Source: Longimicrobiales bacterium
GTDB lineage: Bacteria > Gemmatimonadota > Gemmatimonadetes > Longimicrobiales > Gaopeijiaceae
DNA: 64,000 nucleotides
NCBI GenBank assembly: GCA_965248195.1
Contig: CBDFIQ010000002.1
Coordinates: forward strand, 2,464,001-2,528,000
Direction: 5' to 3'
Under the pieces are notes generated by a model. It was not told the DNA's origin. It saw only the letters and a program-made list of their open reading frames with translations, and ran no database searches. The number at the start of each line of letters is the position of its first letter. The stretch's first letter is position 1. This document shows positions 12,008-21,269 of this stretch, piece by piece. The translations under genes and the position numbers were made by a program.

Positions 12008-13459
12008 CTAAAGCCTCCGGACCAGCCAGCCATTGACCAGCAATAGAACCGCGATGGCGATCGCGAATTGAATCAGGACCGTGCCGATGTTGAACGGTGA
12101 AAAGAGCGTCCAGGTCACTCGGAACGACTCCCCTCGGGCCTGAAACAGCCACCACCCCATGAGCACCACCGACTCCACGATCACGAGGCGAATGCTCCAG
12201 TCCCACCATGCGCCGACGTGGATGTCGGAGTGTCCGGTGTTGATGTATTTCGCGCGCCATGCGGTCACACCGTACCTGAGCACGGCAAACGCGAAGAAGA
12301 AGCCCGAGAGCATCAAGCCCACGCCCCACACCCAGTCCTGATTGGCGAAGAACGGGCCGGCACCCGGTGTGTCCGTCCAATTGAGCGCGCTGGGCGCCCC
12401 AAAAGCGATGCCCGCCGCTCCGACGACAGCGATCGCCCGGCCTCGCGTAAGGCCCAGATCGATCAAGATACGACTGGCCAACTCGATCATCGCCACCAAT
12501 GACGTCCATGCGGCGAACACCAGCGCCAGGAAGAACAGGGCCATGAAAAACCGGCCACCCGGAATCAACGCGAAGAGCTGGGGCACCCAGATGAAGGTCA
12601 ACCCCTCGTTGCCCGCGCCCACGATCTGGTCGGCGGCGTTCGGCATCACCGCAAACACGGTGCAGAGCACCATGATGCCCGCGAGAAGTGACATCGCGTT
12701 GTTGCCGAAGCCGATGACGAAGGCGTTGAGCGCCGTGTCCTCGCGGCTCCTCATGTAGATGGCGTAGGTGAGCACCAAGCCCCAGCCAGCGCCAGTATCC
12801 CACGCGTTCTGGGTCAGCGCTTCCAGCCAGATCCTCGAATCCGCGAGGTCTGCCAGATGCGGCGTGAAGAGGAACGCCAGTCCTTCTGCCGCCCCCGGGA
12901 GTGTGACCGCCCGGATCGCGAGGACGATCACGAGGAAAATGAGACTGGGGATCAGGAACTTGGCCGCCGTCTCGATGCCCTTCACACCCTTCGACACGAC
13001 GAAGACACCCATCCCCATGGCCACGACGTGCGTCACCAGCGCCGCTGGCGTCCCTGCGTATCCCTCCCAGAAGGCCTCGGGCACGGCCGAGGGGACCGCC
13101 CCGGTAACGCTGGCCAGGAAGAAGCGGATCGTCCAACCCATCACCACGCTGTAGTAGAACATGATGGCGGTCGCGGTGAAGGCCACCCAGGCCCCCATCC
13201 AAGCGAATCCCGGACCGATCATCTTCACGAACGATCCGATCGTCCCGGAGCGTGTCGCCTTCCCCATCCCGAATTCGAGAATAAGCAGTGGTACGGACCA
13301 GAGCAGCAGGAACACGGCCCAGGCAACGAGGAACGAGCCCCCACCGTTGGACGCGGCAATCCTTGGAAAACGCCAGATATTCCCGGTGCCCACGGCCATT
13401 CCCAGCATGGCCAGGAGCATGCCCCAGCGTGAGGTGAAGACTTCGGACTTGGACGACAA
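12008..13459 (-). CDS. Sodium-dependent neurotransmitter:sodium symporter (NSS) family transporter
   Basis: AVGTGNIWRFP, NGGGSF; AGGAGG RBS before TTG 13459. Confidence 0.93.
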   Translation of the reverse strand: MSSKSEVFTSRWGMLLAMLGMAVGTGNIWRFPRIAASNGGGSFLVAWAVFLLLWSVPLLILEFGMGKATRSGTIGSFVKMIGPGFAWMGAWVAFTATAIMFYYSVVMGWTIRFFLASVTGAVPSAVPEAFWEGYAGTPAALVTHVVAMGMGVFVVSKGVKGIETAAKFLIPSLIFLVIVLAIRAVTLPGAAEGLAFLFTPHLADLADSRIWLEALTQNAWDTGAGWGLVLTYAIYMRSREDTALNAFVIGFGNNAMSLLAGIMVLCTVFAVMPNAADQIVGAGNEGLTFIWVPQLFALIPGGRFFMALFFLALVFAAWTSLVAMIELASRILIDLGLTRGRAIAVVGAAGIAFGAPSALNWTDTPGAGPFFANQDWVWGVGLMLSGFFFAFAVLRYGVTAWRAKYINTGHSDIHVGAWWDWSIRLVIVESVVLMGWWLFQARGESFRVTWTLFSPFNIGTVLIQFAIAIAVLLLVNGWLVRRL

Positions 13460-13473
13460 TCCAGCCTCCTGAT

Positions 13474-14805
13474 TCAGGTCGAGGATTCCCCGGCCAACTG
13501 CTCCTGGATCCAACCCGGTACGGCTTCGGCGTTGACCCGCACCTGTTCGAGCGTGTCCCGATCCCGGATCGTGACGGTGCCGTCTTCAGACGTCTGCCCG
13601 TCCACCGTGATGCACCACGGTGTCCCCGCTTCGTCTTGGCGCCGGTAGCGCCGACCGATGGAGCCCGCCGCGTCGTAAAACGACGGGATCGAGCGAGACC
13701 GTAAATCGGCGTGTAAGTTCTCGGCGATCTGGGGCAGGCCGTCCTTCTTTACCAGAGGGAACACGGCGGCCTTCAGGGGCGCGAGACTTGGAGCGAGTTT
13801 CAGAAGCACACGCTCTTCTCCCTCCACCTCCTCTTCGGTGTAGGCGTCGGCCAGAGCCACCAGGACCGTGCGGTCCACGCCCACCGCGGTCTCAACCACG
13901 TAGGGCAGGAAACGCTTTTCCGCCGCCGTATCGATGTATTCCAGCCGCTTGCCCGAGTACTCCTGGTGCCGTCCAAGGTCGAAGTCGGTCCGGTTGTGAA
14001 TTCCCTCGAACTCCTGCCACCCGAAGGGAAACTCGTACTCGATGTCGAACGCTTTCTTAGCGTAGTGCGCCAGCTCGTCCGGTCCATGCTCGTGGAAGCG
14101 GAGCTTCTCCTTGCGAATCCCCAGCGACAGATGCCACTCGAGACGGGCGTTCATCCAGTAGTCGAACCACTCTTCGTCGGTCCCCGGCTCCACGAAGAAC
14201 TGGAGCTCCATCTGTTCGAACTCACGCGTCCGGAAGATGAAGTTCCCCGGCGTGATCTCGTTCCGGAACGCCTTGCCGATCTGGGCGATTCCGAAGGGGA
14301 TCTTCTGGCGCGCCGACGTCTGAACGTTCAGGAAGTTCACGTAGGAGCCCTGGGCCGTCTCGGGCCGCAGATAGATCACGGCCGCATCCTCCTCCACCGG
14401 CCCCATGAACGTCTTGAACATCAGGTTGAAGAGGCGCGGTTCACCGAAGGTGTCCTTGGTCCCACAGGTAGGACACTGACCCCCCTCGACCTCGGGGAGA
14501 TCGGCGCGGAAGCGCCGGTGGCAGTTGCCGCACTCTACGAGCGGATCCGTGAAGCCCTCCACGTGCCCCGAGGCCTCCCAGACCCTCGGATGCATCAGAA
14601 TCGACGCGTCGAGTCCCTCGACGTCGTCACGCTGATGCACCATCGTGCTCCACCAGCGGTCCTTGACGTTACGTTTCAGTTCGATACCCAGGGGACCGTA
14701 GTCCCACACCGACCCCGTTCCACCATAGATCTCGGACGACTGGAAGATGAATCCCCGGCGCTTGGCAAGGGACGTAAGCTTATCCATCAGTGAGGTCTGA
14801 GCCAT
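13474..14805 (-). CDS. glyQS: Glycine--tRNA ligase (alpha2 type)
   Basis: LRPETAQG, FRNEITP, FRTREFEQME, SIGRRYRRQDE. Confidence 0.97.
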   Translation of the reverse strand: MAQTSLMDKLTSLAKRRGFIFQSSEIYGGTGSVWDYGPLGIELKRNVKDRWWSTMVHQRDDVEGLDASILMHPRVWEASGHVEGFTDPLVECGNCHRRFRADLPEVEGGQCPTCGTKDTFGEPRLFNLMFKTFMGPVEEDAAVIYLRPETAQGSYVNFLNVQTSARQKIPFGIAQIGKAFRNEITPGNFIFRTREFEQMELQFFVEPGTDEEWFDYWMNARLEWHLSLGIRKEKLRFHEHGPDELAHYAKKAFDIEYEFPFGWQEFEGIHNRTDFDLGRHQEYSGKRLEYIDTAAEKRFLPYVVETAVGVDRTVLVALADAYTEEEVEGEERVLLKLAPSLAPLKAAVFPLVKKDGLPQIAENLHADLRSRSIPSFYDAAGSIGRRYRRQDEAGTPWCITVDGQTSEDGTVTIRDRDTLEQVRVNAEAVPGWIQEQLAGESST

Positions 14806-14979
14806 CGGGGTCGATCCAGTGAGCCGGTTGTTTCGGTGAGTCGAAGCGATGGAAGCTAGACCAGCGCGCCCACCGCATCAACAGCCTTCTAGAACCCCGG
14901 AAGGGAACGCGGGTATACGGGCTCAGTGTGGTTTTGAAGCGCGGCGCATGCCGGACTCGCACTTCTCAGGAGTGGTTGG

Positions 14980-15573
14980 ATGATAACGCTGACGGATGGA
15001 GCCCTCGAAGTGGTTCGCAGCTATATGGATCAAAGCGATGGCGAGTTTACTGCGCTTCGGATCGGCATCTCGGGGGGCACGCCCCTGTCGCCCGACTTCG
15101 AGCTCACGCTCGTGGGGCCGGACGACATTCGTAAGAGCGAGCAAAGGGTAGACGTGGGCGACCTTACGATCGTCGTCGAAGAGGAGTTCGTGCCGCGCCT
15201 CGAGGGAGCGACGGTGGATTTCATCCAGCGTGTGAATGAAAGCGGCTTCGAGATCTCGTTGGCCGAGACTGCGCAGGCCGCAGCACCGACCCTCGAGGGG
15301 CCGCTCGCTGAACGGGTGAAGACGGTCTTGGAAACGGAGATCAATCCGGCTATCGCTTCGCACGGAGGCACCATCACGCTGGTGGGCGTCGAAGACACCG
15401 AGATCTACCTGGAGATGGGCGGCGGGTGTCAAGGGTGCGCCATGTCACGCATGACGCTCCGCCAGGGTGTGGAGCGCATGGTCCGCCAGGCGGTGCCCGA
15501 GGTAACCGTCATCCACGACATCACCGACCACGCGTCGGGCGAGAATCCGTTCTTCGAAGGACCGGCGGTTTAA
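14980..15573 (+). CDS. nfuA: Fe/S biogenesis protein NfuA
   Basis: Degenerate A-type N-domain plus NifU-C domain (INPAIASHGG, GGCQGC), GENPF tail. Confidence 0.9.
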   Translation: MITLTDGALEVVRSYMDQSDGEFTALRIGISGGTPLSPDFELTLVGPDDIRKSEQRVDVGDLTIVVEEEFVPRLEGATVDFIQRVNESGFEISLAETAQAAAPTLEGPLAERVKTVLETEINPAIASHGGTITLVGVEDTEIYLEMGGGCQGCAMSRMTLRQGVERMVRQAVPEVTVIHDITDHASGENPFFEGPAV

Positions 15574-15736
15574 GCGCTTCAGGCGTAATAGACCAAATAT
15601 CCCAGAACCTACCCCCCATCCTTGTGGTCTACAGCCCCCAACTGTACCCTGCCTTGATTGTGACACCATCCCTCGTCGATCGTGCGCACAGGTGGCGGCC
15701 CACCCCCCCTTCCCATCACCCTCCTAGGTACCGCCA

Positions 15737-16135
15737 GTGGTGATCTACGGCGTGGCATTGCTTGCGGGGTGCATGCTGGTCGGCGCGTTTATTGGGGAGC
15801 TGATCGGGGTGCTGATTGGCATCGACGCGAATGTCGGCGGTGTCGGTATCTCAATGTTGCTGCTGATTCTGGTTGCTGCAAAAGGGCAGGCCAGCGGTCG
15901 CCTCCGTCCCATCTCCCAAACGGGCATCACTTTTTGGAGCGGAATCTACATACCGGTAGTCGTGGCGATGGCGGCTAGCCAGAACGTGGTGGCGGCGGTA
16001 AGAGGCGGGACCGCTGCCGTGCTGGCCGGAGTCCTAGCCGTTGTCGTTAGCTGTGCCCTGGTACCGTTGCTCAGTCGCATCGGCGGTGAACCGCCGCCGC
16101 CGCTGCCGGACGCATCAGGCGAGCAGGGCGTATGA
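15737..16135 (+). CDS. madL: Malonate transporter subunit MadL
   Basis: IYGVALLA, ANVGGVG, FWSGIYIPVVVAMAASQNV. Confidence 0.92.
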   Translation: MVIYGVALLAGCMLVGAFIGELIGVLIGIDANVGGVGISMLLLILVAAKGQASGRLRPISQTGITFWSGIYIPVVVAMAASQNVVAAVRGGTAAVLAGVLAVVVSCALVPLLSRIGGEPPPPLPDASGEQGV

Positions 16136-16905
16136 CCGAGGTTATCGGTCTCATGGCAGAGGTAATGAGCCGATATGGCTTGATTACTGCCTTCGCCGTC
16201 GTCGGGATCACCGTGTGGGTGTCGTATCAGCTGTCCGGGCGTCTGACTAGAGGGCACCTTCATGGGTCGGCCATCGCCATCATGCTGGGCTTGCTGGCGG
16301 CATATCTTGGCGGCGTCATTACCGGAGGGTCCCGCGGCATTGCCGACCTGGAGGTATTGGCCGGTATCGGATTGATGGGCGGCGGCATGCTTCGGGACTT
16401 CGCAATCATTGCCACGGCTTTCGGCGTGAATACGCGGGAGTTGGCGCGTGCCGGAGCGAGTGGGGTCATCTCTCTGTTTGCTGGCGTGTTCGTGTCGTTT
16501 GCGATCGGCGCGGCGGTGGCCTATGCCTTCGGCTATACCGATCCCGTGAGTATGACCACGATAGGCGGCGGTGCGGCCACGTACATCGTCGGGCCCGTTA
16601 CCGGTGCGGCCATTGGGGCTAGTTCCGATGTGATCGCACTCAGTATTGCAGCAGGGCTGATCAAATCCATGTTGGTCATGGCTGGAACACCGTTTGTCGC
16701 ACCACTGATCGGACTGAACAATCCGCGTTCGGCGATGATCTATGGTGGCCTCATGGGCACCACGAGCGGTGTGGCAGGGGGCCTGGCCGCCACCGATGAA
16801 CGTCTGGTTCCTTATGGCGCGATGACGGCTACGTTCTATACCGGATTGGGTGCCCTGTTAGGGCCTTCGGTGATTTTCGTCGTCATCAGGGCAATCATGA
16901 GCTAG
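16132..16905 (+). CDS. madM: Malonate transporter subunit MadM
   Basis: HGSAIAI, GGGMLRDFAI, GTTSGVAGGLAATD, LVPYGAMTATFYTG. Confidence 0.93.
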   Translation: MTEVIGLMAEVMSRYGLITAFAVVGITVWVSYQLSGRLTRGHLHGSAIAIMLGLLAAYLGGVITGGSRGIADLEVLAGIGLMGGGMLRDFAIIATAFGVNTRELARAGASGVISLFAGVFVSFAIGAAVAYAFGYTDPVSMTTIGGGAATYIVGPVTGAAIGASSDVIALSIAAGLIKSMLVMAGTPFVAPLIGLNNPRSAMIYGGLMGTTSGVAGGLAATDERLVPYGAMTATFYTGLGALLGPSVIFVVIRAIMS

Positions 16906-16946
16906 CCGTCCGACACGACGGCGCTGGATCGAGGAGAGACCGAAGC

Positions 16947-18437
16947 ATGCCTGAACTCGAGTTGGTTCGGCGGGGAAAGAGTTCCGGGGCACGGGTTGCA
17001 GTGACATCCAATGGTCACGATCACTCGTACGACTCTTTGCTCTCGGCATCGGAGGCAGTAGCCGCCAATCTGCTCGAGGGGTCGACCGACCTGGGTGAAG
17101 AGCGTGTCGCTTTTCTCATCCCGGGGAGCTTCGAGTACGCATCGGTCCAGTGGGGCATATGGAGAGCCGGTGGAATTGGGGTGCCACTGAGCCTGTCCGC
17201 GGCAGACCCGGAGCTCGAACACGTGATCACCGATGCCCAGGTTGATCGAATCATCGCGCCCGAGGATTCACTGGCCAAGCTCAGACCACTTTGTGATCGG
17301 CTTTCGAAGCCCCTGCTCAGTGTTGATCGGATCTCGTCGGGGAAGTCCGGGCCGTTGCCGGACCTGGAGCCCGGAAGGCGGGCAATGATTCTCTACACGA
17401 GCGGCACGACCAGCAAGCCCAAAGGTGTAGTGAGCACTCACGCCAACATTCAGGCGCAGATCACGGCGCTGGTAGAAGCCTGGGGTTGGCAATCGGAAGA
17501 TTCGATTCCGCTGTTTCTACCGCTGCATCATATTCACGGTATCGTCAACGTGATGAGTTGCGCGTTGTGGTCGGGTGCCAGGGTGGACTGTTTCGACTCC
17601 TTCGATGCAAGGGCGGTTCTGGAGCGCGTGGCTGACAAGCGGTATTCGGTCTTCATGGGGGTTCCGACCATCTACGTCAAGTTGATCCGGATCCTAGAAG
17701 ATGCCGATGAGGCGGATCGGGCGCGATACACTGATGGATTCGCCCATATGCGATTGATGGTGTCGGGTTCCGCCGCCTTACCGGCCAGTGTGCATGAACA
17801 ATGGACGGGCTTGACCGGACAGAAACTTCTCGAGCGTTACGGCATGACGGAAATCGGCATGGCGATCTCCAACCCTCTGCAAGGGGAGCGCAGGCCGGGT
17901 GCCGTGGGCGTGGCGCTGCCTGGCGTCACCGTCAGATTAGTTAGTGAAGTGGGCGAGTTGATTGAAGCGGAGCACGAACCCGGAGAGATTCAGGTTCGTG
18001 GGCCCGCGGTGTTCTCCGAGTACTGGAACAAGCCCGACGTGACGCGGGCATCTTTCGTGGAGGGATGGTTCCGTACGGGGGATATGGCGGTGCTGGAGGA
18101 TGGGTATTATCGCATCATGGGTCGCCTGTCGGTGGATATTATCAAGTCGGGCGGATACAAGCTTTCAGCCCTGGAAATTGAGGATACCTTGCTTATGCAT
18201 CCGGCGATCCGCGAGTGTGCAGTGGTTGGCGTGCCGGACGATACCTGGGGGGAGGTGGTGGCAGTTGCCATCGTAGCCCGTGACGGGGAGCACATCGAGC
18301 TCCCGGCTCTGAAAGAGTGGGCCACTGAGCGCATGTCCGGGTACAAGATTCCCAAGTCGCTGTTGCTGTTGGAGGATTTGCCGAGAAACGCCATGGGCAA
18401 GGTGACCAAGCCTGCCATCCAAGATCTTTTCGACTGA
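16947..18437 (+). CDS. matB: Malonyl-CoA synthetase-like acyl-CoA synthetase (MatB/ACSF3 type)
   Basis: YTSGTTSKPKG, LPLHHIHG, LERYGMTE, PRNAMGKV; follows madLM. Confidence 0.85.
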   Translation: MPELELVRRGKSSGARVAVTSNGHDHSYDSLLSASEAVAANLLEGSTDLGEERVAFLIPGSFEYASVQWGIWRAGGIGVPLSLSAADPELEHVITDAQVDRIIAPEDSLAKLRPLCDRLSKPLLSVDRISSGKSGPLPDLEPGRRAMILYTSGTTSKPKGVVSTHANIQAQITALVEAWGWQSEDSIPLFLPLHHIHGIVNVMSCALWSGARVDCFDSFDARAVLERVADKRYSVFMGVPTIYVKLIRILEDADEADRARYTDGFAHMRLMVSGSAALPASVHEQWTGLTGQKLLERYGMTEIGMAISNPLQGERRPGAVGVALPGVTVRLVSEVGELIEAEHEPGEIQVRGPAVFSEYWNKPDVTRASFVEGWFRTGDMAVLEDGYYRIMGRLSVDIIKSGGYKLSALEIEDTLLMHPAIRECAVVGVPDDTWGEVVAVAIVARDGEHIELPALKEWATERMSGYKIPKSLLLLEDLPRNAMGKVTKPAIQDLFD

Positions 18438-18569
18438 AGCGGCCTGCTTCGCTCTGGCTTTGCCTGGCACCCGATCTGACCACCTCGACCCTGACTCATT
18501 CCAGAAGCTACCGAAGGTCGCTGTGTGTCCAGAGCCCTACTGCATCCTCAACGCTGAAGCGAGCACACC

Positions 18570-19694
18570 ATGGACCATCTGAATCGTCGAGATTTCGTAA
18601 GGAAGGCCGGCCTCGGCGCGGCCGGAACGGGTATTCTCGCGGGTTGCGGATCCGCCGACAGGCCGAGTGCAGCGGTAGAGGGCGAAATCTCAGGCCCCAG
18701 GGTCAGTTGGCGCTTGGCGACGAGCTTTCCGCCGAGTCTGGACATTCTCCATGGGGCCGCCTTGGTCGTTGCGGACCGGGTAGAGGCCCTCACAGGTGGA
18801 CGCTTCACGATCCGTGTCTTTCCCCCGGGAGAACTCGTTCCTGCGCTCCAGGTCATGGACGCTGTGCAGTCAGGCACGGTGCACGCAGGTTATACGAGCG
18901 ATTACTACTACATCGGCAAACATCCGGCGCTCGCATTCGGAACCTCCGTCCCCTTCGGGCTAAACGCGCGCCAGCAGACGGCCTGGCTGCACTACGGCGG
19001 CGGCCTGGAAATGCTCCGTGACATCTATGCGGACTTTGGAATGACCTCGATTCCGTGTGGAAACACCGGAACTCAGTTCGGGGGGTGGTTTCGGAGCCCC
19101 GTCGAGACGCTCGCCGACTTGCGGGGTGTGCGTATGCGCATCCCCGGACTCGCCGGAGAGATCATGGCACGCCTGGGCGTCACGGTCCACGTGCTCGGTG
19201 GCCCCGACGTGTTTCCCGCCTTGGAACGAGGCGCGATCGACGCGGCGGAGTGGGTGGGACCCTACGACGATGAGAAGCTCGGGTTCCACGAGATCGCGAA
19301 GAACTACTACGTCCCGGGGTGGTGGGAGCCGGGGCCGGCGACCGTTCTACAGATCGGCCTCGACGCTTGGAACGACTTGCCGCCCTCCTACCAGGCCGCC
19401 GTGGAGAGCGCGTGTAGTGACTCGACCCATATGACGCTGGGACGCTACGACGTGGAGAATCCTCCCGCGTTGGAGCGTCTCACCAACGAGCACGGCGTGA
19501 CCCTGCGCAGCTTCTCGGACGAGATCCTGGAGGCCGCCTGGACCGAGAGCGAGGTCTATCTCGAGGAGCAGGCCGCCGCGAACGCGGATTTCCGGCGGGT
19601 CTACACGTCCTGGCGGGAATTCCGGGACGCGAGCTTCCGGTACTTTTCCAGTAACGAGTCGGTATACGCCAACTTCGCGTTCCCCAGGACGTAG
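18570..19694 (+). CDS. dctP: TRAP transporter substrate-binding protein (TakP-like), Tat lipoprotein
   Basis: NRRDFVR + LAGC; GNTGTQFGGWF, MRIPG, EWVGPYDD, PGWWEP. Confidence 0.93.
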   Translation: MDHLNRRDFVRKAGLGAAGTGILAGCGSADRPSAAVEGEISGPRVSWRLATSFPPSLDILHGAALVVADRVEALTGGRFTIRVFPPGELVPALQVMDAVQSGTVHAGYTSDYYYIGKHPALAFGTSVPFGLNARQQTAWLHYGGGLEMLRDIYADFGMTSIPCGNTGTQFGGWFRSPVETLADLRGVRMRIPGLAGEIMARLGVTVHVLGGPDVFPALERGAIDAAEWVGPYDDEKLGFHEIAKNYYVPGWWEPGPATVLQIGLDAWNDLPPSYQAAVESACSDSTHMTLGRYDVENPPALERLTNEHGVTLRSFSDEILEAAWTESEVYLEEQAAANADFRRVYTSWREFRDASFRYFSSNESVYANFAFPRT

Positions 19695-19783
19695 GGCCGA
19701 CAGCAGCGGTTTGCCTCGCAGCCCGCGCCGCACTCGACCTTCCAAGATTTCTGCGAGAAGCCGCCTCCAGCGGCATACTTCCA

Positions 19784-19799
19784 CGGCACGGTTGTTGCA
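19784..19799 (+). promoter_or_regulatory. Putative sigma-54 (-24/-12) promoter
   Basis: CGGCACGGTTGTTGCA, GG-N10-GC, about 50 nt upstream of ATG 19852. Confidence 0.65.
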
Positions 19800-19851
19800 A
19801 CTCTCGGCGTACGATGTGAGCCGTGGCATTTACGGAATGCGGAGACGGACA

Positions 19852-20430
19852 ATGAATCTACGATGTCTTGGACATACATTTTTCTGGGCCGGCACCGCCA
19901 TGGTCCTGGCTGGGTGCGGCGACGGACTCGATCCCGAGTTGGGGCTCGTGAATGCGTTCGTTCATGACACGCCCGGAGGGTCGGGCGCGTTCATGGGTAC
20001 CGCCTCGGGGGATTTTCACGTATCCATCCGCTTGAGCGGGGGCCCGTGGGTCGAAGTAGGCTCACCCAACGGGATCACGGTGGCCCTTCAGAGCGCGACT
20101 CCGACCACCGTCCACGGATCGACGAGCGTGCCCGACGGCACGTATGATCGGGTGCGCCTGACATTGTCCCGAGTCACCTTCAGGGTCGACGCCGGTGGCA
20201 CGATCGAGTCGACCACACTCGGCGCCAACGCCTCGGCGATGGCGGCCAGCGGCCTCCCCTTGCCCCTGGAGATATCCCGCACCTTCACGGTTTCAGGCAA
20301 CGCCGAAACGGCCATCGTCTCATTCGATCTCAACGTCGAGGATTGGATCGACATCCAGAGCCTCACGGACGGCGTGATCACCGACGGAAGGCTCGAGGAG
20401 CAACTCACGGTGAGCGTCGAGAGCGGCTGA
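19852..20430 (+). CDS. DUF4382-like lipoprotein (paralog 1)
   Basis: Lipobox VLAGC; HD-P, VPDGTYDRVRL, SFDL motifs. Confidence 0.75.
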   Translation: MNLRCLGHTFFWAGTAMVLAGCGDGLDPELGLVNAFVHDTPGGSGAFMGTASGDFHVSIRLSGGPWVEVGSPNGITVALQSATPTTVHGSTSVPDGTYDRVRLTLSRVTFRVDAGGTIESTTLGANASAMAASGLPLPLEISRTFTVSGNAETAIVSFDLNVEDWIDIQSLTDGVITDGRLEEQLTVSVESG

Positions 20431-20525
20431 TTCTCCACCAGCGCGATCAGCTGGGTCACGACCAAGGGCTCGGCGCCCGGATAAATCGTCGTTGTGGCAA
20501 TGCTCCGCGGTGCGACTCCCCTCCA

Positions 20526-20540
20526 TGGCACAGAAGTTGC
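20526..20540 (+). promoter_or_regulatory. Putative sigma-54 (-24/-12) promoter
   Basis: TGGCACAGAAGTTGC, near-consensus, about 55 nt upstream of ATG 20596. Confidence 0.7.
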
Positions 20541-20595
20541 CCCCATGGCCCCAGTTAGCAGGGCCAGATCAAGAAACATTAGCGAGGATTCGAAG

Positions 20596-21168
20596 ATGAA
20601 GATTAGATCAGTACTGAATCTCGCGTTGGTCGCGAGTGTGATAGCCGCCACAGCCTGCGGGGATGACCCCATCGACCCGGACGTGACGGGAGTCGTGGAT
20701 GTGGTAGTACACGACAACACGGCAGCCGGGGCGTTCGAGGGTACGGCAGCTGGTAATTTCCACGCCTCCCTACGCTCGACCGGGGGCACCTGGGTCGACG
20801 TGGGCACGCCCAACGGAATCACAGTGGCGCTTCAGAGCACGGCTCCGACAGCGACCACGGTCCACGGGCCAACAAGCGTGCCCGCCGGCACTTATGATCG
20901 GGTGCGCCTCACCCTGTCCGGGGTCACCTTCACGGTCACCACCGGCGGCGGCGGCCTCAACACGGGCTCGGCCCAAGCGGCCGGAAGCGGAGCCCTGGAG
21001 CTGGAAATATCCGTGCCCGACGTCATCGTCTCGACCGTCGAGGGTCAGGCCACCGTCTCATTCGATCTCAATGTCGAGGATTGGTTCAGCGACGCGATGC
21101 TGACGGCGCAAGAGATCGCTGACGGCGACCTTACGGGTCAACTGACCGCTGCCGTTTCGAGCGGCTGA
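20596..21168 (+). CDS. DUF4382-like lipoprotein (paralog 2)
   Basis: Lipobox ATAC; shares PNGITVALQS, TYDRVRLTLS, SFDLNVEDW with paralog 1. Confidence 0.75.
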   Translation: MKIRSVLNLALVASVIAATACGDDPIDPDVTGVVDVVVHDNTAAGAFEGTAAGNFHASLRSTGGTWVDVGTPNGITVALQSTAPTATTVHGPTSVPAGTYDRVRLTLSGVTFTVTTGGGGLNTGSAQAAGSGALELEISVPDVIVSTVEGQATVSFDLNVEDWFSDAMLTAQEIADGDLTGQLTAAVSSG

Positions 21169-21204
21169 TTCTACCCGGTAAAAAGTGCCAGATGAGCGTA
21201 GAGA

Positions 21205-21237
21205 GTGCCGGTGGGCGCAAGCCTGCCGGCATTTTTT
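21205..21237 (+). terminator. Rho-independent terminator
   Basis: GTGCCGGTGGGC-GCAA-GCCTGCCGGCAT followed by T tract, between convergent genes. Confidence 0.8.
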
Positions 21238-21269
21238 GTTGCGCCCACACCAGAAGCAGTCCATGAACG

